Source of the DNA: Alphaproteobacteria bacterium
Lineage (GTDB): Bacteria > Pseudomonadota > Alphaproteobacteria > Rhizobiales > Hyphomicrobiaceae
DNA length: 64,000 nt
Assembly (NCBI GenBank): GCA_018819265.1
Contig: JAHJQI010000085.1
Location: forward strand, 11,302-75,301
Direction of reading: 5' to 3'
Below, piece after piece: positions 54,918 through 63,639 of this stretch; position 1 is the stretch's first letter; each line of letters begins with the position of its first letter. The notes beneath the pieces are model-generated. The model was not told the origin of the DNA and did no database searches. It saw only the letters and a program-made list of their open reading frames with translations. The translations under genes and the position numbers were made by a program.

Positions 54918-55781
54918 ATGCAGCAGTTCAACGTCAAGTCGATCCTGTTCAACGCCGCCGCCGGAATTGTTGTCCTCTCGACTGTCATCTTCATGCTGCG
55001 CAGCCTGTTCGTGGCCGAGGTCATCCCGCCGTGCTCGGCGCGCTACCCTTCGCCAACGGAGTTCACGCTCGACAACGGCAACGGACCGATGAGCCCCGTT
55101 CAGCTTGTCGGCATGATCGGCACGACGCAGCGCGGCATCTACCGCAACGCCAAGGTGGTGCGGGTACGCGATACCTCCGGCAAGCATGCACTCAAGGTCG
55201 CGCTTCGTCCCGACGGCGAAGATGCACGGACCACCGGTGAGGGCAACGGCATTGCATTTCAGTGGTCGCCAGCTGGCATGGCGGGAGCGACCGCCGCCTG
55301 CCTGTCGTATTCGGTCTATCTGCCGGAAAAGTTCGACTTTGGCGGCGGTGGAGTGCTGCCGGGGCTTTATGCCGGCGCACCCGAAACGATCAATGAATCC
55401 TCCGACGGCAAGCGCGCTGTCGCCCAGCGTCTCGTCTGGCGCAACAACGGCCGGGCAAATCTTTACGCGCAGCTTCCCGGATATGAAGCCAACGGCGGTG
55501 CCTACCTGCACCAGGACGGCATCGCGTTTCCAAGCGGGCGCTGGGTCAAGGTCGAGCAGGAGATAAAGCTCAACGATCTGGGCAAGGCCAACGGCCTGAG
55601 CCGCCTCTATCTCGATGGAAAAATAGAAATCGAGAAGCAGTGGATCGAGTGGCGCAAGAACGGCAAGCTGACGCTTTCGGGTGTCCACGCCGAAGTTACC
55701 TATGCGATGCCGCGCCGGGATCTGCAGCCGCCGAAGGAAACCGCCATCTACGTGACGCCGCTGCAGTTGCGCTGGCGCTGA
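54918..55781 (+). CDS. Membrane-anchored PL14-like polysaccharide lyase domain protein
   Basis: N-terminal TM, then CLSYSVYLPEKFDFGGGGVLPGLYAG and WVKVEQEIKLND...NGLSRLYLDG, which resemble the PL14 FDF.KGGKLPGL and W...Q...LN...DG motifs. Confidence 0.7.
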   Translation: MQQFNVKSILFNAAAGIVVLSTVIFMLRSLFVAEVIPPCSARYPSPTEFTLDNGNGPMSPVQLVGMIGTTQRGIYRNAKVVRVRDTSGKHALKVALRPDGEDARTTGEGNGIAFQWSPAGMAGATAACLSYSVYLPEKFDFGGGGVLPGLYAGAPETINESSDGKRAVAQRLVWRNNGRANLYAQLPGYEANGGAYLHQDGIAFPSGRWVKVEQEIKLNDLGKANGLSRLYLDGKIEIEKQWIEWRKNGKLTLSGVHAEVTYAMPRRDLQPPKETAIYVTPLQLRWR

Positions 55782-55961
55782 CGCCCGATGACGAAGATGT
55801 CGGCCAGCTGAAATGCGCGCTGCAGAATAGCTGGATATGCCGTTGAATTGGAAAAACAGACGTGCCGCACTCTTGATATGAAAGCGTCGGCGGTGCTAAA
55901 ATATCACGGTCCGAACGTGGCGGCCCGACCCAATCCCCCTGAGTGGCGCCGCGCTGTCTCG

Positions 55962-55994
55962 CCCGCGGTCGCCCCCGATCGCGGGACTTTTTTT
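55962..55994 (+). terminator. Intrinsic terminator after the lyase gene
   Basis: Stem CCCGCGGTCG/CGATCGCGGG with a CCCC loop, followed by ACTTTTTTT. Confidence 0.6.
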
Positions 55995-55999
55995 GGCGG

Positions 56000-57241
56000 T
56001 TATCTCGAAACAGTTTCCGATGGCCGCTGAGCCGTGCCTTGCCACAGACCCCTTCTGGCAGCCTTGGCCTCCGCCTCCTCGCTGCCGTAGGCGCGAAAGA
56101 AGCCCGTTCCCGCAAACACCGCTCCATCCTTGACGAGGCTTGCCGCGATATTGGTGTCGCCGACCCTGCAGTCGGCCACCTTGCGCCCTTCCCCGTCGAT
56201 TTCCGCCACGGAGCAGACGACCGTTTCGTAGCCGGTAATCTTGCGCAATGCGTTCAGCGCCGAACGTCCGCACCGCCAGCTGCGTCCCCTCTCGTCGGTA
56301 CAGGTTTGGCGGACGGCGGGGGCCTCGATTCCTCTCAACAGGACCTTTTCGCCGCCAACCAGCATGACGTCGCCGCTGAGCGCCCTTGCCTTGCCCTCGA
56401 TGGTCGCCGCGTCGGCGGTCGGTGCCAGCGGCGGACTGCCCGGCAAATCCGAACGCGAAAGGTAAGGCGCTGCAAGCCAGATGAGGCCGGCAAAAAGGCT
56501 GAGCACGACGAGTCCGACGAGGCCCTTCGCAAGTCCGGCGAAATCGGCGTTCTTGTCGGCTGCCGGTAGATCCCCGGACGATTTGCCGTCGCCGGAATAG
56601 CGGCGCGTGCTGAATGGCGCGCTCAGCGAGGCCCGCCCGGCGATGACCGGCAGCACCGCCAGTCCGATCAGCACCGCGGCGATGACGCTGGCGCTGATGG
56701 CAACCGCGTCGAAGCCATGTTGGAAAGCTCTGGCGACCGCACCGAACACGGCGGCCAGGCCCGCGATGACGAGCGGCAGCGCCACCCGGGGCGACATCGC
56801 CTGCCCGACCCCGCTCAGTCCACCGGCAATTCTGTCTATTCCCTCGCCACCGGCCTTGCCGAGCTTGCTGCCCGCGACCCGGCTGATCCGCCAAAGGCCT
56901 GAGCCGGCGCGCACGGCGCCGGTATGGGCCGCCCGCCCGGCAGCCGCAACTCCCCGTCCAAGGTTCTGGCCGACTTTTTGCCCAGCTATACGCGCGCCGG
57001 CTGCGACTTTTCCGCCGGCTGCTTGCGCCTCGCGCGCAGCCGCATCGAGCCCGCGCTTGGCCGCTTCCACGCCAGACTGCCCGGCCGCCTTGCCCGCGCG
57101 GCCTGCTTCAACCAGCCCGTCGAGCGCCGCCTGCCGAGCTTCTTCAAGCTTGTCCTGGCGCTGCTTGCGCTTCACCAGGATCGTCGTCCTGACGTAGCTT
57201 CGCCATTCGAAACCGTCGCGCTTCTTGCGCCAGCCGAACAT
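56000..57241 (-). CDS. Membrane protein with a C-terminal thermonuclease (SNase-like) domain
   Basis: Ala/Gly-rich N-terminal part, three TM segments, then LSGDVM...LRGIEAP...WRCG...GRKVADC...LVKDGAV...EAEAKAARRGLW. Confidence 0.8.
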   Translation of the reverse strand: MFGWRKKRDGFEWRSYVRTTILVKRKQRQDKLEEARQAALDGLVEAGRAGKAAGQSGVEAAKRGLDAAAREAQAAGGKVAAGARIAGQKVGQNLGRGVAAAGRAAHTGAVRAGSGLWRISRVAGSKLGKAGGEGIDRIAGGLSGVGQAMSPRVALPLVIAGLAAVFGAVARAFQHGFDAVAISASVIAAVLIGLAVLPVIAGRASLSAPFSTRRYSGDGKSSGDLPAADKNADFAGLAKGLVGLVVLSLFAGLIWLAAPYLSRSDLPGSPPLAPTADAATIEGKARALSGDVMLVGGEKVLLRGIEAPAVRQTCTDERGRSWRCGRSALNALRKITGYETVVCSVAEIDGEGRKVADCRVGDTNIAASLVKDGAVFAGTGFFRAYGSEEAEAKAARRGLWQGTAQRPSETVSR

Positions 57242-57362
57242 CCTTGCCGGTCTCCGAATCTATTGGTCGATTGAGGTTTAGACGCGAACGAGGCTTGGTC
57301 GATAGGGCCAAAACATGGCATAAGCGGCCTGTCCCGTGGAACAGGTCCATCGGACCGGACAT

Positions 57363-57425
57363 TGGGACTGGCCTATGGGACTGCACTTGGGACTGGCCAA
57401 TAAGTCATGGCCAATAAGTCTGGCG
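57363..57425. repeat. Short direct-repeat cluster
   Basis: TGGGACTG x3 (57363, 57376, 57388) and TGGCCAATAAGTC x2 (57394, 57408). Confidence 0.6.
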
Positions 57426-57456
57426 TATAGCACTGGATTGCCAGCACCCTTCCAGG

Positions 57457-57625
57457 CTAGTTGTCCCGTCTGCGAAGTTCGCCTCCACTCTGCCGCATCC
57501 GCCTGAGCGAACTTCGCAGACAAAAGGGACAAATAGAATCATGGAGCTGCTAGTGTGATTCAGATTCAGAAGCTCGCTCTCTGCCGAGCCGCAAATGGTA
57601 GCGAACTTCTGAATCATCACACTAG
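57457..57625. repeat. CTAG-bounded double-hairpin element, copy C
   Basis: Hairpin 57457-57536 (AAAA bulge, inner CTAG changed to ATAG), 13-nt spacer AATCATGGAGCTG, hairpin 57550-57625 (TCA bulge, 1 mismatch). Confidence 0.9.
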
Positions 57626-57658
57626 CTTGCGGCGATACCACTTGGAGACCCTCGAAAA

Positions 57659-58213
57659 ATGCCGCGATTGACCTCCCTCGCCCTCGTTGCCGCACTGATG
57701 GCCGGTGCAATTGTCAGCCCCATGACCGCCGATGCCAAGGATCGCGGCCCAGCCAGCGCCAATTGCGACCAGTTCGAAAAATCGACCCCCGCATGGCTCC
57801 GCTGCGCTGAGAATGCACCCGCTGCCGCCGGCCCCGCCGTCGCCGATGCCCAGCACTTCTATGCCGGCTATTGGCTGGCCAAGACCGGCCGCTTCGAAGA
57901 GGCCCTCGACCACCTTGGCAGGGCTGAGGTCAAGAATGCCCGCGTTCTCACCTATATCGGGTTTGCCACCCGCAAGCTCGGCCGTGTCGACGAGGCCATG
58001 GGCTACTACGCCGAGGCGCTGCGCAAGGACCCCGGCAACGTCATCGCTCGCTCCTACCTCGGCGAGGCCCACCTTGCCCGTCACGATCTTGCCGCCGCCA
58101 CGGCCGAACTGCAGAAAGTCGAGGCGGACTGCGGACAAAATTGCGACGCCTACACCGAACTTGCCGCGCGCATCGCTGATTACCGGGCAGGAACCGGCGG
58201 CGGCCGGGGTTGA
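57659..58213 (+). CDS. Exported TPR protein
   Basis: Signal peptide, then FYAGYWLAKTGRFEEAL...RVLTYIGFATRKLG...YYAEALRKDPGNVIARSYLGEA. Confidence 0.8.
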   Translation: MPRLTSLALVAALMAGAIVSPMTADAKDRGPASANCDQFEKSTPAWLRCAENAPAAAGPAVADAQHFYAGYWLAKTGRFEEALDHLGRAEVKNARVLTYIGFATRKLGRVDEAMGYYAEALRKDPGNVIARSYLGEAHLARHDLAAATAELQKVEADCGQNCDAYTELAARIADYRAGTGGGRG

Positions 58214-58338
58214 GCCTGCCCCGCAGGCCTGCTAAACTTCGCCGATCACAGAAGAGATTTGACCATCGTCAATGGCGCGCAAATGCATCCACGCCAGCAT
58301 GATGATTATCCGAACTCAATCGTGAGAGGTTCAAGGCC

Positions 58339-58521
58339 ATGAAAGCTCTGGAAGTCCAGGAACACGCCCGCAAATTGCGCGCCGCCCATGGCGACAAGGC
58401 CGTTGCCGAAGCCGCTCAGAAAGCCGCCGAAATGGAGAAGTTGGGCCGCGACGAGGACGCCAGCGACTGGCGCCAGATCGAGAAGGCGTTGTTGTTGTTG
58501 CGCGGCCCCCACGAAAGCTGA
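58339..58521 (+). CDS. Small helical hypothetical protein (60 aa)
   Basis: GAGG RBS and MKALEVQEHARKLRAAHGDKAVAEAAQKA...DWRQIEKALLLLRGP with host-like codon usage. Confidence 0.7.
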   Translation: MKALEVQEHARKLRAAHGDKAVAEAAQKAAEMEKLGRDEDASDWRQIEKALLLLRGPHES

Positions 58522-58550
58522 GTTTCGAAGGCACTGCCGGCCGTTAGCCT

Positions 58551-59330
58551 TCAAGTGCTAGCGACCGCCGTTTCAGGTTTCGCCGCCGCGGCTATGTAGT
58601 TGACGTCAGTGTCGTTGCAAACCGACCAGCGGTCGCGCAGCGGCTCGTAGACGAGCCCGGCCAAGCGCGGATTTTCCATGCCGCAGTCGCGGAGCGCCGC
58701 CTTCAACTCTTCCGAGGTGACGAAACGCTCATATTGGTGCGTGCCCTTGGGCAGCCAGCCGAGCAGGTGTTCGGCGGCAATGATCGCCAGTCCGTAGGCT
58801 TTCAGCGTCCGGTTGATCGTCGACACGATCATCAGTCCGCCCGGCCGGACCGTTTTCGCACAGGCCGCAACCAACGCCGTCGGATCGGGCACATGCTCGA
58901 TCACTTCGAGGCACGTGGTCACCTCAAACAGCTCCCCCGCCGCCGCCAGATCTTCCACCCGCGTTGCCCGGTAGTCGATGGCAAGGCCCTGCTCCTTGGC
59001 ATGCGCGCTGGCAACCGCGATGTTTTCCTCGCCCGGGTCGATGCCGGTGATGGAGCCGCCGAGCCGCGCCAGGGGCTCGCAAATGAGCCCGCCGCCGCAT
59101 CCCACGTCGAGAACCTTGAGCCCGGCAAGTGCCCGCACTTTGCGCGGGTCGATCCCGAAGTGATCGCCGACCGCATCTCGGATGAACGACAGCCGCGCCG
59201 CGCCGATCTGGTGCAAGGGGCGGAATTCGCCCTCTTGGTCCCACCATTTGGAACTGAGCGCCGCGAATCGGTCGACCTCTCGTGAATCGAGATTGTTCCC
59301 GTACGGATCCGGTTTTCCGCCAGCCTGCAT
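58551..59330 (-). CDS. ubiG: Ubiquinone biosynthesis O-methyltransferase
   Basis: EVDRFAALSSKWWDQEGEFRPLH, VLDVGCGGGL, LEVIEHV, STINRTLK and LPKGTHQY. Confidence 0.95.
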   Translation of the reverse strand: MQAGGKPDPYGNNLDSREVDRFAALSSKWWDQEGEFRPLHQIGAARLSFIRDAVGDHFGIDPRKVRALAGLKVLDVGCGGGLICEPLARLGGSITGIDPGEENIAVASAHAKEQGLAIDYRATRVEDLAAAGELFEVTTCLEVIEHVPDPTALVAACAKTVRPGGLMIVSTINRTLKAYGLAIIAAEHLLGWLPKGTHQYERFVTSEELKAALRDCGMENPRLAGLVYEPLRDRWSVCNDTDVNYIAAAAKPETAVAST

Positions 59331-59584
59331 TCGTGCTGATCCCTGTCGTGACGCTCCACTTTGAACGCGAGGTTAGCCGACGCGGACGCAATCGGTTAGC
59401 CAAAGTTGCCCGCGCGCCCTTCTGCCGCTATGACATCGCGCCAATCGGGGCTGTATGAGCTTATGCGCGATTGCCCGAGGCGGACTGTTTCCGAAAGACT
59501 GACAAGATCGACGGCGTGCGAGCAATCACCGCGACGGCCCGCATTGGGTTGCTGAACGAATAAGACGAGGCATCTAGGGGCGTC

Positions 59585-60847
59585 ATGGCCGTAGTTGTGA
59601 TGAAATTCGGCGGAACTTCCGTCGCCAATATCGAGCGCATCCAGAACGTGGCCCGCCACGTCAAGCGCGAGGTCGATGCCGGCAATAAGGTCGCCGTGGT
59701 TGTGTCCGCCATGGCTGGCGCAACCAATCAGCTCGTCGACTGGGTCCGCGAGCTGTCCCCGCTTTGCGACGCCCGCGAATACGACGCAGTCGTCGCGTCG
59801 GGCGAGCAGGTTACCGCCGGGCTGCTCGCCATCGCGCTGCAATCCGCGGGAATTACCGCGCGCTCGTGGCAGGGCTGGCAGATCCCGATCCGCACCGATG
59901 CGACCCACGGCGCCGCACGCATCGCCGAGATCGACGGCGGACGCCTGCGCGCCCGCGTTGAGCAGGGCGAGGTTGCCGTCGTCACCGGTTTCCAGGGGAT
60001 CGAATCCGACCATGGCCGCATCGCCACGCTTGGCCGCGGCGGTTCCGATACGAGCGCCGTCGCCATTGCGGTGGCGATCGGGGCCGACGTCTGCGATATC
60101 TATACCGACGTTGACGGCGTCTACACGACCGACCCGCGCGTCGTGCCCGAAGCGCAGCGGATTGCGCGCATTTCGTATGAGGAAATGCTTGAAATGGCGT
60201 CTCTTGGCTCGAAGGTTCTTCAGACCCGGTCGGTCGAGCTTGCCATGGTCTACGGCGTGCGATTGCGCGTGTTATCGAGTTTTGTCGACCCGAGCGATCT
60301 TCCCGCCGTCGATGTCGGCGCCCTTGGAGACATCGGAACCACCGTTTGCAGTGAGGATGAAATCGTGGAAACCCAGGTTGTCAGTGGTATTGCCTTTGCC
60401 AAGGATGAGGCGAAGGTCACGATCCTCAATATCGAGGATAAGCCGGGCGTTGCCGCCCGCATCTTCGGGCCGCTGGCCGAATCTTCGATCAATGTCGACA
60501 TGATCGTGCAGAACGTCGCCCCCGATGGACTGCATACCGACATGACGTTCACCGTTCAGGCCGCCGAATTGCCTCGTGCTCTCAAGGTGTTGGAGCGCGT
60601 TCGCGCTGATCTGGGCGAATTCGAGATCCGCAGCTCCGATGATGTGGTTAAGGTGTCGGTCATCGGTATCGGCATGCGATCGCACGCCGGCGTTGCCGCC
60701 AAGATGTTCCAGACGTTATCCGACAAGGGCATCAATATTCTTGCTATTTCAACTTCGGAAATCAAAGTGAGCGTACTCATCAATGCCGACTATGCCGAAC
60801 TTGCCGTGCGCGCCCTTCACGAAGTCTACGGCCTTGATGCACAATAA
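59585..60847 (+). CDS. lysC: Aspartate kinase
   Basis: MKFGGTSV, VVVSAM, TLGRGGSDTSA, TDVDGVYTTDPR, two ACT domains and ISTSEIKVS. Confidence 0.97.
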   Translation: MAVVVMKFGGTSVANIERIQNVARHVKREVDAGNKVAVVVSAMAGATNQLVDWVRELSPLCDAREYDAVVASGEQVTAGLLAIALQSAGITARSWQGWQIPIRTDATHGAARIAEIDGGRLRARVEQGEVAVVTGFQGIESDHGRIATLGRGGSDTSAVAIAVAIGADVCDIYTDVDGVYTTDPRVVPEAQRIARISYEEMLEMASLGSKVLQTRSVELAMVYGVRLRVLSSFVDPSDLPAVDVGALGDIGTTVCSEDEIVETQVVSGIAFAKDEAKVTILNIEDKPGVAARIFGPLAESSINVDMIVQNVAPDGLHTDMTFTVQAAELPRALKVLERVRADLGEFEIRSSDDVVKVSVIGIGMRSHAGVAAKMFQTLSDKGINILAISTSEIKVSVLINADYAELAVRALHEVYGLDAQ

Positions 60848-61025
60848 GTGAACCATGCACGCGCGTGCCGGAGGTCCGGCGCCGTGCTAAGAGACGATTT
60901 TTCGGGAATGCAGCCTTAGCGATTTGGCACTCGCCGCCTTTAGGCCCTACTGAGCAGCGAAGCCTTCACTGCGCAGAACGCGCAGGTGGAATTCCCGTAG
61001 GATCAGTTGAAAAGGAGCCGCCAGC

Positions 61026-61191
61026 CTAGTGTCCCGATTCCGAATTTCGCCACCACCCTGCCGCGAACTCGCATGCGAACTTCGGAATCAAAAGGGACAC
61101 TAGAATCTTGACTTTGCTAGTGTGGTTCAGATCGCGAAGTTCGCTCGGAGCGAGCTGCAAGTGGATACGAACTTCGCGATCAACACGCTAG
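61026..61191. repeat. CTAG-bounded double-hairpin element, copy D
   Basis: Hairpin 61026-61103 (AAAA bulge, 1 mismatch), 13-nt spacer AATCTTGACTTTG, hairpin 61117-61191 (TCA bulge, 1 mismatch plus 1 G-T). Confidence 0.9.
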
Positions 61192-61238
61192 CCGCACCGG
61201 ACGATCGCGTGCGCAGGCCGAAAAGGCGGCATTTTGAA

Positions 61239-63530
61239 ATGCATAAGAGACGCGGAGATGAGCCAGGGGTCTTGGCGTCGGAGCCGGCGCTGCGCGTCAT
61301 CATGCGCAGGCTCCGCGAGATCATGGCGGCACCCGCCGATGGCCAGGCGCGTCTCGACCGCATCGTGCGCCAGATCGCCGGCGTCATGGTCGCGGAAGTC
61401 TGCTCGATCTACCTCAAGCGCCGCGACGGCTCCTTGGAACTCTACGCGAGTGAGGGCCTGAAGGCGGAGGCCGTGCATGCCACCCGCCTCAACCGTAACG
61501 AGGGGCTCGTCGGCCGCTGCGCCGAACAGGCCAAACCCATAAACGAGCCCGACGCCCAGTCCCACCCGGCCTTTTCCTATCGGCCGGAGACTGGCGAAGA
61601 GGCCTACCATTCCATGCTGGCGGTGCCTGTCCTGCGCGCCGGCAAGGTGATCGGCGTACTCGTCGTCCAGAACCACACCCGGAGGGAATACGCCGAAGAA
61701 GACATCGAAGTTCTGCAGGCGACCGCGATGATTGTCGCCGAACTGTTGGCGTCCGGCGGTGTTGCCGGTTCGGAAGCCGAAATAGAGCTTTCACGTTCCG
61801 CCTCGGCGGTGATTCCGGGCCAGCCGCTGGCTGACGGCATAGCGCTTGGCCACGCCGTCCTGCACGAGCCGCGCATCGTCGTGACGACGCTGCTGGCCGA
61901 AGACCCGGCCGTCGAGTTCACGCGCCTCGAGGCCGCGCTGCAACGACTGCGTGACAGCGTCGACGAGATGTTGTCGCACGAGCGCCTGTCGGGGGCCGGT
62001 GAACATCGCGACGTGCTCGAAGCCTACCGCATGTTCGCCCACGACCGCGGCTGGCACCACCGGCTGCGCGGCGCCGTCCAGGACGGCCTCACCGCCGAGG
62101 CCGCCGTCGAGCGTGTCCAGAATTCGACCCGTGCGCGCATGTTGCGCCAGATCGACCCGTTCTGGAGCGAGCGCGTCCGCGACCTCGACGATCTTTCCTA
62201 CCGGCTCCTGCGCATCCTTGCCGGTCGCGCCGACGACCACGGGCAGCGCGCGAACCTGCCTGATGACACCATCCTGGTCGCCCGCACCATGGGCCCGGCC
62301 GAGCTACTCGACTACGACCGCACCAAGCTGCGCGGTCTCGTCGTCGAAGACGGCAGCGCGCAAAGCCATGTCGCGATCGTTGCCAAGGCGCTCGGCATCG
62401 CCGCCGTCGGTCAGGCGCACCGCATCGTCGAACACGTCGCCGACGGCGAGGCGGTGATCGTCGATTCGGAGGCCGGCGAAGTTCACCTGCGGCCGTCGAG
62501 CGATGTCATCGCCGCTTTCCAGGACAAGGTCCGGTTCCGCGCCAAGCGCCAGGAGCGTTTCCGCGAACTGCGCGGGCTTCCAGGTGTCACTCGTGAGGGC
62601 CAGCGCATCAGCCTGCTGCTCAATGCGGGAATGCTGGTCGACCTGCCGCAACTTGAGGAATCCGGCGCCGAGGGCATCGGATTGTTCCGCACCGAACTTC
62701 AGTTCATGTTGTCCGACAGGCTGCCGAGGCTCGACCGCCAGACCGAGGCCTACAAGGCGGTGCTCGATCAGGCGAAAGGTTGCCGCGTCGTATTCCGCAC
62801 GCTTGATATCGGTGGCGACAAGGTGCTCCCCTATCTGCACCGCGTGCCAGAGGAAAACCCGGCGATGGGTTGGCGGGCGCTGCGCATGTCGCTCGACCGT
62901 CCTGGCCTGTTCCGCACCCAGGTGCGCGCGCTGCTGAGGGCCCACGCCGGCCGGCCGATGGCCCTGATGGTGCCGATGCTGACGACGGCCTCCGAGATGG
63001 ATGCGGTGCGCGTCCTGATCGACAAGGAACTCCATCACGCACACAACCACGGCCACCCCGTTCCCGCTTCGCTGTCGATCGGCGCCATGCTTGAGGTACC
63101 AAGTCTCCTGTTCGATCTTGACAACGTCCTGCCGAAAACCGATTTCATCTCGGTTGGATCGAACGACCTCTTGCAGTTTCTGTTTGCTGTCGATCGGTCC
63201 AGCGCCCAGGTTTCCGGCCGCTACGATGTGCTCCTGCACGCGCCCTTGCGTGCCCTGCGCACCGTGTTCGAAGCCGGCGACCGCCACGGCGTTCCCGTCA
63301 CGGTTTGCGGTGAAATGGCCGGCAGCCCGCTCAATGCCATGGCGCTTTTGGCGCTGGGCTGCCGTTCGTTGTCGATGACCGCCGCCAATATCGGCCCGGT
63401 CAAGGCAATGGTGCGCTCACTGCCGCTGTCCGCCCTGCGCGACAGGCTCCCCGGTTGGCTGGACGATCCGTCATGCAATATCCGTGTCGAGCTTGCAGCC
63501 TTCGCCAAGGACCACGACGTCGAAGTCTAA
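61239..63530 (+). CDS. ptsP: PTS enzyme I-Ntr (GAF + PEP-utilising domains)
   Basis: N-terminal GAF (VAEVCSIY...LYASEGL), SHVAIVAK (phospho-His), GIGLFRTE, RTLDIGGDK, ENPAMGWRA and SVGSNDL. The ORF-track start at 61122 lies inside repeat D, so ATG 61239 is preferred. Confidence 0.95.
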   Translation: MHKRRGDEPGVLASEPALRVIMRRLREIMAAPADGQARLDRIVRQIAGVMVAEVCSIYLKRRDGSLELYASEGLKAEAVHATRLNRNEGLVGRCAEQAKPINEPDAQSHPAFSYRPETGEEAYHSMLAVPVLRAGKVIGVLVVQNHTRREYAEEDIEVLQATAMIVAELLASGGVAGSEAEIELSRSASAVIPGQPLADGIALGHAVLHEPRIVVTTLLAEDPAVEFTRLEAALQRLRDSVDEMLSHERLSGAGEHRDVLEAYRMFAHDRGWHHRLRGAVQDGLTAEAAVERVQNSTRARMLRQIDPFWSERVRDLDDLSYRLLRILAGRADDHGQRANLPDDTILVARTMGPAELLDYDRTKLRGLVVEDGSAQSHVAIVAKALGIAAVGQAHRIVEHVADGEAVIVDSEAGEVHLRPSSDVIAAFQDKVRFRAKRQERFRELRGLPGVTREGQRISLLLNAGMLVDLPQLEESGAEGIGLFRTELQFMLSDRLPRLDRQTEAYKAVLDQAKGCRVVFRTLDIGGDKVLPYLHRVPEENPAMGWRALRMSLDRPGLFRTQVRALLRAHAGRPMALMVPMLTTASEMDAVRVLIDKELHHAHNHGHPVPASLSIGAMLEVPSLLFDLDNVLPKTDFISVGSNDLLQFLFAVDRSSAQVSGRYDVLLHAPLRALRTVFEAGDRHGVPVTVCGEMAGSPLNAMALLALGCRSLSMTAANIGPVKAMVRSLPLSALRDRLPGWLDDPSCNIRVELAAFAKDHDVEV

Positions 63531-63639
63531 CCGCGCCGGCACCGGTCTTGACTCTGAACTCCCGCCGTAGGGAAAGCCGCGGGCGCAACCGAACTCCAAG
63601 TCATCGCTCCGCCTACCGGAGCCCGGAACACAAATCGCG

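Noticed and set aside
61122-61238. N-terminal extension of PtsP from the ORF track
   Set aside because: It is translated from repeat element D. Similar upstream extensions for SBP, AsmA, FbpB, cytochrome c, TadG, GcvT, SgaA, Mcl and MtkA were also trimmed.
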